This document shows positions 38,134 to 50,864 of a DNA stretch of 64,000 bases, one piece after another. Each line of letters begins with the position of its first letter. Position 1 is the stretch's first letter. Both the position numbers and the translations under genes were made by a program. The notes beneath the pieces were generated by a model that had not been told where the DNA came from, did no database searches, and saw only the letters and a program-made list of their open reading frames with translations. Source of the stretch: Chiloscyllium plagiosum (Eukaryota); assembly GCF_004010195.1 (NCBI RefSeq), contig NC_057720.1, positions 6,686,491 to 6,750,490 of the forward strand, given 5' to 3'.

Positions 38134-38257
38134 TCTGTTTATGACATATGTCTGAGTCTTCTATCCTAAGATGCTGTTACACACCTCTGAATGCTTTCTC
38201 TACCCACCTCTAAATTACCCGCGCTTCGAACCAAACAAAACAATTACAAGGACAGCC

Positions 38258-39210
38258 TGTAATGAGGTCAGCCAGGTGGACGAGTAGAATAGGAGTTCCC
38301 TGATTGGGGCTGTTAATCTGGTCAAATCAGAGAGCTCTGGCTGACAGATATAAACAGGAGTGTTTTGATGTCAAGGGCACTGCTTGTCACTGGCCACTAA
38401 AAAAAAGAAAAGAAAAAAAAAGAAAACATAATTAAATAAACAGGAGTGTTTTGATGTCAAGGGCACTGCTTGTCACTGGCTACTCGGGTGTTTCTTTTCT
38501 TCCTGGTGATGGAAATTGAATAAAGATTTGTGCACTTTGTGTCTCTCACTGTGTCTCACACCTGCACACACACACACCATGGGTGCTGGGGGAAAAATAA
38601 GCACTACCGCAGTTAGGCGGTAGTGTGGGGGTTAAAAGAAAGAAAAAAAAGAAAAAAAAACAGGAGATTTTTGATTTAATCCCTGCCCTCCCCTTCACTG
38701 TTTTGATCACACAGCATTGCCCTTTGATGTGAAGGACACTGCTTGTCACTTGCCACTCGGGTGTTTTCCTATCTTCCTGGTGTTGGAAATTAAATAAAGA
38801 TTCGTGCACTTTGTGTCTTACACTGCGTCTCACATCTGCACACACACAACATGGGTGCTGGGGAAAAAATAAGTACTACCGCAGTTAGGCGGTAGTGTGG
38901 GGTTAAATATATAAAAAAAACAAACAGGAGTGTTTTGATGTCAAGGTCACTGCTTGTCACTGGCTACTCGGGTGTTTCTTTTCTTCCTGGTGATGGAAAC
39001 TGAATAAAGATTCATGCACCTTGTGTCTTTCACTGTGTCTCACACCTGCACACACACAACATAGGTGCGGGGGAATAAATAAGCACTACTGCATTTAGGC
39101 AAAAATAAACAGGAGTGTCAGAGGTTCTGTGCACTCAGAGCTGGCTCTGAGGGAGCTGGATCAATGTCAAGGCCTCTTCACGCATAACTAAAGGGTGACT
39201 TGGAGACGGG
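38258..39210 (+). mobile_element. Solo LTR split at its TATA box by a four-unit insertion array
   Basis: Homologous to the 18940-19531 LTR on both sides of the array. Confidence 0.7.
38351..39118 (+). repeat. Array of four A-tailed retroposon units separated by (T)AAACAGGAG(TGT)
   Basis: Motif at 38351, 38437, 38658, 38922, 39106; units share tttgatgt(c/g)aagg.cactgcttgtcact; 3' hairpin GCACTACCGC-AGTTAG-GCGGTAGTGT. Confidence 0.9.
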
Positions 39211-39211
39211 G

Positions 39212-40430
39212 GTGAGTTTCTTTTTTCCTTCTTTTACATTCAGACACAACAGAACATGGTCTTTCTCCCACCATTGTGTAACATCTCCCCCTTATTGACC
39301 ACTAGTAAATCACCCGTATTTCCAATTCATCCCCAACAGAGGTAGAAAGTTTTATATTCACATGCATCGAGATCAAGAAGTGTCATTACACACAACTCAA
39401 TGGCATACTTTCCCATCATCAAATTGGAGGGAGTTTCCTCTTTTTATTAGATTTTCCATGAACCTGTTCAGAGATTTTATTGTGCACCCCTCTGGAGAAG
39501 GTAGGATCTGACCTCAGTTTCCTGGCCCTGAGGGATGAATGCTACCACTCCTCAGGGAGTTTCTCTTTATTTTCATACTTTTTTTCTTCATTCAGAAGTA
39601 CCATTACACGCAACTGGTAGGCTTTCCTCCCCAACACCAAATCATCTGTAGTCTTTCCACCTATTATTCACCACCACTAAATCACCTAGGTTTGCAATTA
39701 ATCAACTTATGTGCAAAATTCCCACCCACATCAGTATTCGAATTCCCAATCTTCTGCGTGACAAGCAGGGATACTAACCAATATGCTAACAAGGAGTTCT
39801 TGTGGGCTATTCTCGTTTTGCACATCTCTGGAAGTTCTATCACTCACTAGCACCAAATCAATGTTCACCCAATCACCATCACCTGTAAATCTAATAGTTT
39901 TGTTTACATGCAATGCCCATTAAGGGCAATACAGACCACCAAATGTGAAAAAGAGGCATGGAAGGAAAGAGGGGGAATAAAATCGAGTTGGAAGGGGAGA
40001 TAAGGCACTCACCTCCCCCCGCCCACACACAGTGCCTATACGTCTCGAAAAGCATTAAAAGTGTTGAGGGAGTATTCCCTTTTCTTCTTCATTTATATCC
40101 AGAGGTGTTCTTACACACAACTCAACAGATTTTTTTTTTTCTCCAATCACCGAATCACCCACGGTATATTTTTTCCATTTATTAACCACCACAGAATTCA
40201 CCTGTGTTGCTAATTAACTAATTTGCATGCAAGGCCCATTAAGGGCAATACATACCATTAAATATGTGGAAGAGGTAGAAAGAGGAGATTTGAGTTTCTC
40301 TCTTTATTTATATATATCCAGAAGGGCTATCACATCTGAACATTTTTCAGCACCAAATCATTGTGACTTTTTGTTTGTTTTTAACTACTAACCAGTAAAT
40401 CACCTGTGTATTTGAGTTTCTCTTTTTAAA
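39212..40430 (+). repeat. Degenerate tandem repeat (irregular ~130-280 bp units)
   Basis: Recurring gagtttct, caccaaatca, taaatcacc and cccattaagggcaataca blocks. Confidence 0.7.
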
Positions 40431-41059
40431 CTAAGTTAATACTCATCACCTGCATGTAATTAATCATAATTAATACATAATTAACACCCTCCATGGGAAA
40501 TGGAGCTATAAAATGCTGCTCACCTGTAGGCAGACACTGCAGGCAAATGACCAGTTCTGTTCTGAAAATGCAACTGATTCGTTGTAGTCCATTATGAAAT
40601 AACTCTGCCATCCCTTCCTGAGTCTGGACCCACATCCCATAGTGTGTGCCTGGACATTGATGTCCATTAAAAGCACATGATACAAAAACCCAACGTCTCA
40701 CCCCAAGCAACAAATTTAAAAGCAAGAGCTCATATGTACACCCATTGACCTTGCGGCCTGCCATCAGACATTAGGTCTTTGTGTGACCAGTGAGACAAAA
40801 TGGGGACGTATTTGCAAAACTCTGCCTCAGGGAAATTCATTACCTTTGATTTGCGAGCGTAAGTGGGGCAATTGTGGCATAATGGTAATGTTGCCTCCTT
40901 AATAATCCCTGACTCCTGGTTATGGATCTGGGGACATATGTTCAATCCCCTCCATGGTAGTTTGTGTAATTTGAGTATGAAGCATCTAGCCTAGTAGCGA
41001 CCATTGAACCATTGTCAATTATTATGAAAGCCCACCTCGTCCACAAGCTTCTTTGTAAT

Positions 41060-42093
41060 TCAGTTGTGAGACTTGTGCATCGCTGGCTGGCCAGCATTAA
41101 TAGCCCATCCCTATTTGCCCTTGAGAAGGTGGTGGTGAGCTGCCATCTTGAATCGCTGCAGTCCACCTGCTGTGGGTTGACCCACAATGCCCTTAGGGAG
41201 GGAATTCCAGGATTTTGGCCCAATGACTGTGAAGGAATGGCGATATATTTCCAAGTCAGGGTAGTGAGTGGCTTGCAGGGGAACTTACAGGCGGTGGTGT
41301 CCCAAATATCTGCTGCCCTTTTTCCTTCTAGATGGAAGTGATCATGGGTTTGGAAGGTGCTGTCTAAGGATCTTTGGTGAATTTCTGCAGGGCATCTTGT
41401 AGATAGTGCACACTGCTGCTACTGATCATCAGTAGTGGAGGGGTTGAATGTTTGTAGATGTGGTGCCAGTCAAGGGGGCTAGTTTGTCCTGAATGATGTC
41501 AAGCTTCTTGAGTGCTGTTGGAGCTGCACCCATCTATGCAAGTGGGGAATATTCCACCACACTCCTGACTTGTGCCTTGTCAATGTGTACAGGCTTTGGG
41601 GAGTCAGGAATTGAGCTGCTTGCCACAGTATCCCTAGTCTCTGACCAGCTCTTGTAGCCATTGGGTTTCTTTGAGTCCAGTTGAGTTTCTGGTCAATGGT
41701 AACCCCAAGGATGTTGACAGTGGGGGATTCCGCGATGGTAATACCATTGAATGTCAATGGCAGGTGGTTAGATTGTCTCTTATTGGTGATGCTCATTGGC
41801 ATTTGTGTGGCAAGAATGTTACTTGCCACTTGTTGGCCCAAGCCTGGATATTGTCCAGGTCTTGGTGGATTTGAGCACTGACTGCTTCTGTAGCTGAGGA
41901 GTTGCAAATGGTGCTGAACACTGTGCAATCGCCAGCGAACATCCCCACTTCTGACCTTATGACAGAGGGGAGGCCATTGGTGAAGCAGCTGAAGATTGTT
42001 GGGCCTAGGACAGTACACTGAGGGACTCCTGCAGAGATGTCCTTGAGCTGAGATGACTGACCCCCCACAACCACAACCACAACCATCTTCCAT
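41060..42093 (-). mobile_element. Second LINE family (CR1/L2 group) RT C-terminus and tail
   Basis: AGVPQCTVLGPTIFSCF...MFAGDCT...QDLDNIQAWANKWQVTF; NILGVTIDQKLNW. Confidence 0.88.
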
Positions 42094-42159
42094 GTTCTTT
42101 CGGGATGAAAACTGCTGTCTTTATCTACCTAATGTGTGACTTCAGACCTCCCATTAGCA

Positions 42160-42545
42160 TTAGGGGGAAAGGTGAGATGGAGAAAGTTCAATGAAGTGCT
42201 AGTTTTTTACACAGAGAGTGGTAAGAGTTTGGAATGTGCTACCAGGGGTGGTGATGGATGCAGATGTGTTGGGGATTTTTAGATAAGCACATGAATATGC
42301 AAGGAATAGAGGGATATGTACTAAGGGGAGGCAGAAGGGATTAGTTTAATTTGGCGAGAAAGTGAGGTCTGCAGATGCTGGAGAAGAGCTTATGCCCGAA
42401 ACGTCGATTCTCCTGTTCCCTGGATGCTGCCTGACCTGCTGCGCTGTTCCAGCAACACATTTTCAGCTAGTTTAATTGGGCGTCATGTTCAGCACAACAT
42501 TGTGGGCCAGAGGGCCTGTTCCTGTATTGTACTGTTCTATATTCT
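42160..42545 (+). mobile_element. CR1 tail containing a family A element (42357-42467)
   Basis: TSD tagtttaatttggcg / tagtttaattgggcg. Confidence 0.8.
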
Positions 42546-42716
42546 AAGATAGTTGAATCTCCCAGGCAGTAAATCAATGCTGAGCCAGTGATGACACATC
42601 CCAGAAAGGAATTTTAAGAAGCCTCTTGCTCCTGTTTAACATAGGACCAAGATAGAAGCATGAGACATCAGACAAGATTTGCCAATCAGGCATGTAATGA
42701 GATACTAGGGTATAAG

Positions 42717-43705
42717 ATACCACAAGGATCAGTGCTGGGTCCTCTACTTTTTGTCATTTATATAAATATTTTGTATGTGAGTGTAAGAGGTACAGCTAGT
42801 AAGTTTGCAGATGACACCAAAATTGGAGGTGTAGTGGACAGCGAAGATGGTTACTGTAGATTACAACAGGATCTGGACCAGATGGGCCAATGGGCTGAGA
42901 AGTGGCAGATGGAGTTTAATTCAGATAAATGCGAGGTGCTGCATTTTGGGAAAGCAAATCTTAGCACGACTTATACACCTTAATGATAAGGTCCTAGGGA
43001 GTGTTGCTGAACAAAGAGACTTTGGAGTGCAGGTTCATAGCTCCTTGAAAGTGGAGTCGCAGGTAGATAGGATAGTGAAGAAGGCGTTTGGTATGCTTTC
43101 CTTTATTGGTCAGAGTATTGAGTACAGGAGTTGGGAGGTCATGGTGCGGCTGTACAGGACATTGGTTAGGCCACTGTTGGAACATTGCGTGCAATTCTGG
43201 TCTCCTTCCTATTGGAAAGATGTTATGAAACTTGAAAGGGTTCAGAAAAGATTTACAAGGATGTTGCCAGGGTTGGAGGATTTGAGCTACAGGGAGAGGC
43301 TGAACAGGCTGGGGCTGTTTTCCCTAGAGCGTCGGAGGTTGTGGGGTGACCTTACAGAGGTTTACAAAATTATGAGGGGCATGGATGGGATAAATAGGCA
43401 AAGTCTTTTCCCTTGCGTGGGGGTGTCCAGAACTAGAGGGCATAGGTTTAGGGTGAGAGGGAAAAGATATAAAAGAGACCTAAGGGGCAACTTTTTCATG
43501 CAGAGGGTGGTACGTGTATGGAATAAGCTGCCAGAGGATGTGGTGGAGGCTGGTATAATTGCAACAATTAAAATGAATAGGAAGGGTTTGAAGGGATATG
43601 GGCCGGGTGCTGGCAGGTGGGACTAGATTGGGTTGGGATATCTGGTCGGCCTGGACGGGTTGGACTGAAGGGTCTGTTTCCATGCTGTACTATCTCTATG
43701 ACTCT
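42717..43705 (+). mobile_element. CR1-clade LINE RT/3' end (relatively young)
   Basis: [11 protein letters not shown]...KFADDTK; long near-intact C-terminal frame. Confidence 0.95.
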
Positions 43706-44431
43706 AAGATCAAAATCTTGGTGAAACCAATAGATTTTAAGGAATCACGATTTCAATATCTTAGCCATTATTCAATAGAGATGGTTTGTAATGGTATAGG
43801 GTGAAAGCAGAAGGCTAGCTCATTTACAGAACCAGTGCGGGGATGATGGGCCAAATGTCATAAAGTGGAGAGAAAGGAGAAGTTTAGAGAGGGACTTTGA
43901 GATCCTAGGTTTGGGTTTCTGAAAGTATGACTACCAATGGTGAGGCAAAGGAAATTAAGAATATTCCTGAGCCTAAAACTGGAGAAACGTAGCGGATTTC
44001 TGGACTGGATGAGTCAACAAGTATTGTCAACGCGACCCCAAAATGCTTGAGCAAATATCTTTAGAGCTAATATACTGTAACATTAGTGACATATTTCCAG
44101 TAATGTCAGATAAATCAGGAGCAATCCATGAAATGTTCAATATGGCTGCTAAAATATTCAGCAAGCCATTAAATTTTTAATAATAATAGACTTTGTCTGC
44201 TGTAATGTTAGTGTGCTGTTCAATACGACTGCTCTAATAGCCAGCACTGCTGGCCTTATGCCACTGCAGATGAGTTTTTATTTGGTATAAATTGCACTAC
44301 TCATATTAGTTCTCTGAATTACATTAGCGTAATTAATTGGATTAAAAGTAATACTAATGGTGCCATTATTGCCCTCTCCAGCCTGACATCACAAGGAGAG
44401 GTAAGACCAAAGTGCCTCTGGAAAGACAATA

Positions 44432-44580
44432 AATGTTCACTTGACTCATTTGACTGCATGCTGAGCTCTGAGTTTGAAGCTTCAGAGATTAGCTTCCCTT
44501 CTGTTTATGCTGATATCTCAGCCACTCACATGTGGATTGCTACATTGTTATAGTGATGTCCTGCAGGTAAACCCCCATGC
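44432..44580 (+). repeat. Second copy of the 8457-8612 segment
   Basis: Direct alignment by eye, roughly 80-85% identical. Confidence 0.85.
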
Positions 44581-45094
44581 TTACTTAAGCAGTGCTGAAA
44601 GGCAGTGTAGAGAATTCCACCTGATGACTTCGCCAACATCTCACCCTGAATTATCACTGCCAAAATCAGATTAATTGCTTCCTTGTCTCAATGTTGAATG
44701 CTCCTGTGCACAATATGGCCACTGCCATACCATGGGGAGGCAATGGTCTGGTAGTGTTATTGCTGCCCTGTTAATCCAGGGACCCCAGGTTTGAATCCTG
44801 CCACAGCAGATGGTGGAATTAGAATTAGGTTTTATTGTTGTGTGTACTCAAGTACAGGAGTACAGTGAAAGGTTTACGATGGTGCCATCTTAGATACAAA
44901 AAGAGGAATAAAGAAGAAAAGAAGTTGCACTACCTTACAGCGATTCATAATAAAATGTAGGCATAAGGCATAGTTAAAAGGATAAACAATTTACAGATAA
45001 ACATTATATTGCAGTAGCTCAACACAAGGGCTTCCACACGTGGTCTGACCAGCCTTGCAAGTTCCTGACCACCTGCTCCGGGCTCCAGTCACTC

Positions 45095-45605
45095 CTATTC
45101 CACTAACCCCTTCTTATTCATATACCCATCCAGATGCCTTTTAAATGTTGCAATCATAATAGCCTCAACCACTTCCTCTGGCAACTCATTCCATACATGC
45201 ACCACCCTCTGCATGAAAAGGCTGTCCCTTCGGTCCCTTTCAAATCTTTCCCCGCTCATCCTAAACCTATGCCCTCTATTTTTGAACTCCCCTGCCTCGG
45301 GTAAAAGACCTTGTCTGTTTACCCTACCCATGCCCCTCATGGTTTTATAAACCTCTATAAGATCATCCCTCAGCCTCTGACACTCCAGGGAAAACAACCC
45401 CAGCCTGTTCAGCCTCTCCCTATAGCTCAAATCCTGGAAACATCCTTGTAAATCTTTTCTGAATCATTTCAATTTCCACAACATCCTTTCTATAGCCGGG
45501 AGACGAGAATTGAACGCTTGATTCAAAATGTGACCTAGCCAATATCTGTACAGCCACAGCATGACCTCCCAACTCCTATGCTGAATACACTGACCAATAA
45601 AGACA
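45095..45605 (-). mobile_element. CR1 3' fragment
   Basis: SYRERLNRLGLFSLE...VWNELPEEVVEA. Confidence 0.9.
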
Positions 45606-45727
45606 AATGATAATTTGCTAAATAAGAAATTAATGCTAATTTTTTGACTTTCCGAGTTGGACAGAAATTTCCATAACTGTTAAATTCATCTTGTTGTTTG
45701 CTTCAGTAGTTAACCAGAACAAATATG

Positions 45728-46511
45728 GATTCTGTGTCTTACAGTCTTATACTCCACAACCACCTGATGAAGGAACAGCGCTCCGAAAGCCAGTGCTTCC
45801 AAATAAACCTGTTGGACTATAGCCTGGTGTCATCTGCAAACGTACTAACTATACCTCCTATGTTCACATCCAAATGTCTGGCAGCATCTGTGAAGAGAAA
45901 TCAGAGTTAGTGTTTCAGGTAGAGTGACTGGACCCGAAACATTAACTCTGATTTCTCTTCACAGATGCTGCCAGATCTGCAGAGCTTTTCCAGCAACTTT
46001 GCTTTTTGTTTTTGATTTATAACATCCACAGTTTTTATAAAGTGGGATATTTGTTTTCTTCTCTAAGGATCCAATTTTGTATGAGCAGAAATTTTCACTG
46101 AGTTAGAACCTGAGATGGAGGAGCAGAACTTGGTCCAACCCAGCAGCTCCAAATAAGGATTCCGTGATAGTCTTTCACAATGTGGGGCAAAACAAAACCC
46201 TGTAAAATTAACAGGTAGATGTCAATAAGACTGTAGCAAACAGCAACAATTTAAATTTGAACAGTGCTTTTCATGTCAGGAAATGTTGTGAGACTCTTCA
46301 CAAGAATATGTAACTCTCAGCCTTTATAAAAACCGTGGTTGCTGTAAATCAGAAACAAAAAGCAAAGTTTCTGGAAAAGCTCTGCAGGTCTGGCAGCATC
46401 TATGAAGCGAAATCAGGGTTAATGTTTCGGGTCCAGTAATTCTTCCTCAGGAAGGAAGGGTCCTTGACCTCATATACTAACTCTGATTTCTCTTCATAGA
46501 TGCTGCCAGAC
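45728..46511. mobile_element. Cluster of hammerhead-bearing short elements: family B (45728-45829), family D (45875-46035; 46333-46511)
   Basis: cacctgatgaaggaacagcgctccgaaagccagtg; gacccgaaacattaactctg; inverted halves. Confidence 0.75.
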
Positions 46512-47465
46512 ATTTGGATGTAAGCATAAGAGGTACAGTTAGTAAGTTTGCAGATGACACCAAAATTGGAGGTGTAGTGGACAGCGAAGACAGTTATCTC
46601 AGATTACAACAGGATCTTGGTCAGATGGGCCAATTGGCTGAGAAGTGGCAGATGGAGTTTAATACAGATAAATGCGAGGTGCTGCATTTTGGGAAAGCAA
46701 ATCATAACAGGACTTATACACTTAATGGTAAGGTCCTAGGGAGTGTTGCTGAACAAAGAGACATTGGAGTGCAGGTTCATAGCTCCTTGAAAGTGGAGTT
46801 ACAGGTAGATAGGATAGTGAAGAAGGCGTTTGGTATGCTTTCCTTTATTGGTCAGAATATTGAGTACAGGAGTTGGGAGGTCATGTTGTGGCTGTACAGG
46901 ACATTGGTTAGGCCACTGTTGGAATATTGTGTGCAATTCTGGTCTCCTTCCTATCGGAAAGACGTTGTGAAACTTGAAAGAGTTCAGAAAAGATTTACAA
47001 AGATGTTGCCAGGGTTGGATAGTTTGAGTTATAGGGAGAGATGAACAGGCTGGGGCTGTTTTCCCTGGAGCATCAGAGGCTGAGGGGTGACCTTATAGAG
47101 GTTTACAAAATTATGAGGGTCATGGATTGGATAAATAGACAAAGTTTTTTTCCCTGGGGTGGGGGAGTTCAGAACTAGAGGGCATAGGTTCAGGGTGAGA
47201 GGGGAAATATATAAAATAGACCTAAGGGGCAACTTTTTCACACAGAGGGTGGTGTGTGTGTGGAATGAGCTGCCAGAGGAAGTGGTGGAAGCTGGTACAA
47301 TTGCAACATTTAAAAGGCATTTAGATGGGTATATGAATAGGAAGGGTTTGGAGGGATATGGACCAGGTGCTGGCAGGTGGTACTAGATTGGGTTGGGATA
47401 TCTGGTCAGCATGGATGGGTTGGACCGCAGGGTCTGTTTCCATGCTGTACCTCTCTATGACTCTA
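46512..47465 (+). mobile_element. CR1-clade LINE RT/3' end (same subfamily as 42717)
   Basis: [16 protein letters not shown]...LYRTLVRPLLEYCVQFWSP. Confidence 0.95.
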
Positions 47466-47499
47466 CGACCTGCTGAGCTTTTCTGGCAACTTCTGCTTT

Positions 47500-47838
47500 T
47501 CATAGAATCCCTCCAGTGTGAAAGCAGGCCACTTGGCCCAACAAGTCCACACTGACCCTCTGAAGAGCATCCCCTCCCGACTCATTCCCTCACTTTACAA
47601 CCCCCCATTTCCCCTAAGGTACCTAACCTACACATCTCTGAACACTATGAGGCAATTCTAGCATGGCCATATCACCTAACCTTCACATCATTGGACTTTG
47701 GGAGAAAACCTGGGGCACCCAGACAAACACAGGGAGTATGTGCAAACTTCACACAGACAGCCGCCCAAAGCTGGAATCGAATGTGGATCCCTGGCACTGT
47801 GAGGCATCAATGCTAACCACTGAGCCACCGTGCCACCC
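47500..47838 (-). mobile_element. V-domain SINE
   Basis: tgctaaccactgagccaccgtgccaccc head. Confidence 0.85.
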
Positions 47839-48919
47839 ACTACATGGCATGAAATATTATACTAGGTAGTATCAATGTGAATTCTGGTTTTAATAGTATT
47901 TCCAGCAGTGCATGATCAGTTCAGAGATTTCGGGAGCGAGTTTAGGAAATTAGGTAGTTAGGAAATGAGTATGCACTCATTTAATAAGTGTCAGTCAAGG
48001 ATTTAGGCTTCCGTTCATGGGGCTTTGAGGCGATGGACTGAAAGCACAGGAAATTAGTCTGACAGCATTCCAGATAAAATGCAAGATATTCAGAGATCAG
48101 GTGAGACATAATATGAATATTTATGCTGAATAAGCCAAATTGATCAAGCCCCAGCTTAAATATGTATTCATTCAAAACATCTAGACATATAAACACTGAA
48201 AGAAAGTACTGACCAATGGCCCAGGCAGCTTCTTTACTAAATCCAAATTGTGAAGAAAAGGAAGACTGAGTGAGAAGTGGATTCGACGACCCAGTAAGTG
48301 CTTGGCATGACCTCAGGAGCTCACGAGATACATCACAACCCACGAAGCTGATGTAAAATGTAATTGTAATGCATGTGATGCTGCAGCCAATTTGCGTGCG
48401 GCAAGCTCAAATGGACAATAATGAGATAGGATCAAAAAGATGGATAAGAGATGTTGGTTAAGCCATAAATGTAAGCACCAGGGTACTCTGCTACTCTGAG
48501 ACACTTCATCTATCCAAGAGATGAGACAGGACATTGAGAAATTGCTTCTTCCAAATGATGGGACTTTAGACAGACATTGTCAGGCTCACGGCATGGAGAC
48601 TACCAGGTTATGTGCTGGGCATCTACAGAGCAGGATTTAGACTCAAACCATCGGAGATCTCCAACTGATGCCAAAGTTGCATCATTAGTTTAGCAGGTGA
48701 ATGTGTAAAAATAGACTCTTGATTGACAGAGGCTCACGTTTGCTGGAGATGTATTGTCTGAACTATCCAATCAAGTTGATAAGAACTGACAGTCTTTCCA
48801 GTGGGTCAATACATTGACTGGGTATCATTGAGAAATGGGATTCAAGCCAGTGAAGAACATTCCTTCACTGTGCCAGTTATCAAGCTTCAAGTGATCTTTT
48901 TGCAGCCTTTATTCAGGTG

Positions 48920-49268
48920 CAACTTACAGAATACTGAGAGACCTGGATAGAATGGACATGGAGAAGATGTTTCCATTAGTTGAGACACCAGGGCACAGCC
49001 TCTGTGTGAAAGGATGACCCTTTAGAACTGAGCTGAGGAGGAATTTCTTCAGCCATAAGGTGGTGAATCTGTGCAATTCATTGCCACAGAGAGCTATGGA
49101 AGTCAGACCACTGAGTATATTTAAGACAGAGATGGATGTTGACTAGTAAGGGACCAGGGGTTGTGGGGAGAAAATGATAGAATGGGTTTGAGAAACATAT
49201 CAACCTTGATCAAATAGCAAAGAAGGCTCAATGGGCTGAATGGCCCAATCCTGCTTCTATATCTTACA
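48920..49268 (+). mobile_element. CR1 3' fragment
   Basis: gaggaggaatttcttcagccataaggtggtgaatctgtg. Confidence 0.85.
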
Positions 49269-50718
49269 GTAGGTACTTGCTGATCCATCACCTCCTCAGA
49301 GAGCTGGAAGCTATCTGAAAATATAGGAGTCTGATATGGAGAGGTTTTGTTTTTGCAATTTAGATTTGGTCACAAGGTTAAAGAGAGCTCTACTATACTT
49401 GAGATTGATTCAGAGTAGCAAATTAGGAAATGTCGCCTCATCCTCAACATTGATATCACTCAAATAAGACCAGGAGATCACCAGAAATGGGAAGAGGAGG
49501 AGGCCATTCAGCCCCACAAGCCCATTCTGACATTCAAAAGGATCACAGCTGATTCAACATTCCTCACACCCACTTCCCTGTCCATTCCCTGAGTGATCAA
49601 GAATCTATCCACCTCAGACTTAAATATGCACATGGACTCTGCCCCCACAGCTCTCTGTGGCAAGGAGTTCCAAAGACAATGCCCTATTTAAAAACAAAAC
49701 AATCTTCAATTTGCTCTGACATTTGATTAATCAAATTTAAAGTGTTAACAATTCTGTTAGTGCAGAAATCAGCAAGTTTCCAAAACGTATCAGAAAATTC
49801 CCGAGCTATTGAAATCTAATCTGAAGTCACATAACACATTCATCCTGTATGGCCAGATCACCAATTTTATTCAGCAAAACCCATTTTTTAAATCATATTG
49901 GTCCAGGTTCACCATCGATTCAGGGCGTGGGAGCCATTATCTCAACAAGATTAATGAATATACTCGACTGTCAATTGTAATAAATCTCAGCACAACTTTG
50001 AAAATGTTACTTTGAGATTGGTCACTCAGTGTGGAAGAGTAAATATTCAAAACAATCAAATAATTCTTTAGCTGTTTCACAGGTAAAGACATCTGGTGAA
50101 TGCCCAGAGATTCAGAAATCCCCATCGCTAGGAATGGACTATTTGGGATGAAGGGATAACTGAGTGATAAGAGTCAAGGGTCCTCATGACGAAACTATGA
50201 AATTCATTATGATGGAGTTCAGTCCTGGTTTCCAGTCAGACGACAGATATCAGGGGACAAAGGTTAGCCTAGAGTTGGGCCCAAGAGTGGGGCATCAAGT
50301 GTGGGAGCTCAGAAAATCAAGGGTTGACTCAGGAGATCAGAGTCTGATCTTGGAGTGTGGAACATCAAGGGTAGAGGAAAGAGATGGGTGGGGAATGCAT
50401 GGGAAAAGGATGATAATAAAGGTGAGGACAGCAATAATCTTTTTAATATGTTGCAAAGAGGTGGAAGCTTGCATATTAATGCATTCTGGTGATTTCTTAT
50501 CTTCTTCAATGGTTGCACTGTACTGTGTGATCATTTCTAGCTCTCTGTGTTCGAGTGACAGAAGAGAACCTGTGGGAATCAATAACTCAAAGGAACCAAA
50601 TCCACTGAGCAACTCCCAGATGAAGAGATTTATCAAACAAGACTTCGCTTTTTGGAACATTTACTTTAATTAGAATCAATGTAAATAACACATAATCTAA
50701 CAGACAAATCACAGACTG

Positions 50719-50864
50719 AAATGAGAGTGTGGTGCTGGAAAAGCACTGCGGGTCAGGCAGCATCCAAGGAGCAGGAGAATGCTTGGATGCTGCCTGACCT
50801 GCTGTGCTTTTCCAGCACCAACCTCTCGACTCTGATCTCGAGCATCTGCAGTCCTCACTTACTC
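50719..50864. mobile_element. Family A inverted pair (ribozyme core deleted)
   Basis: TSD caaatcacagactg / caaatcacagtctg. Confidence 0.8.

Noticed and set aside
38351..39118. CRISPR-like repeat-spacer array
   Set aside because: Vertebrate context, only a 9-13 bp repeat, spacers homologous to each other and A-tailed, no cas genes
42660..43626. Functional reverse transcriptase gene
   Set aside because: Frameshifted and lacking the endonuclease and N-terminal RT
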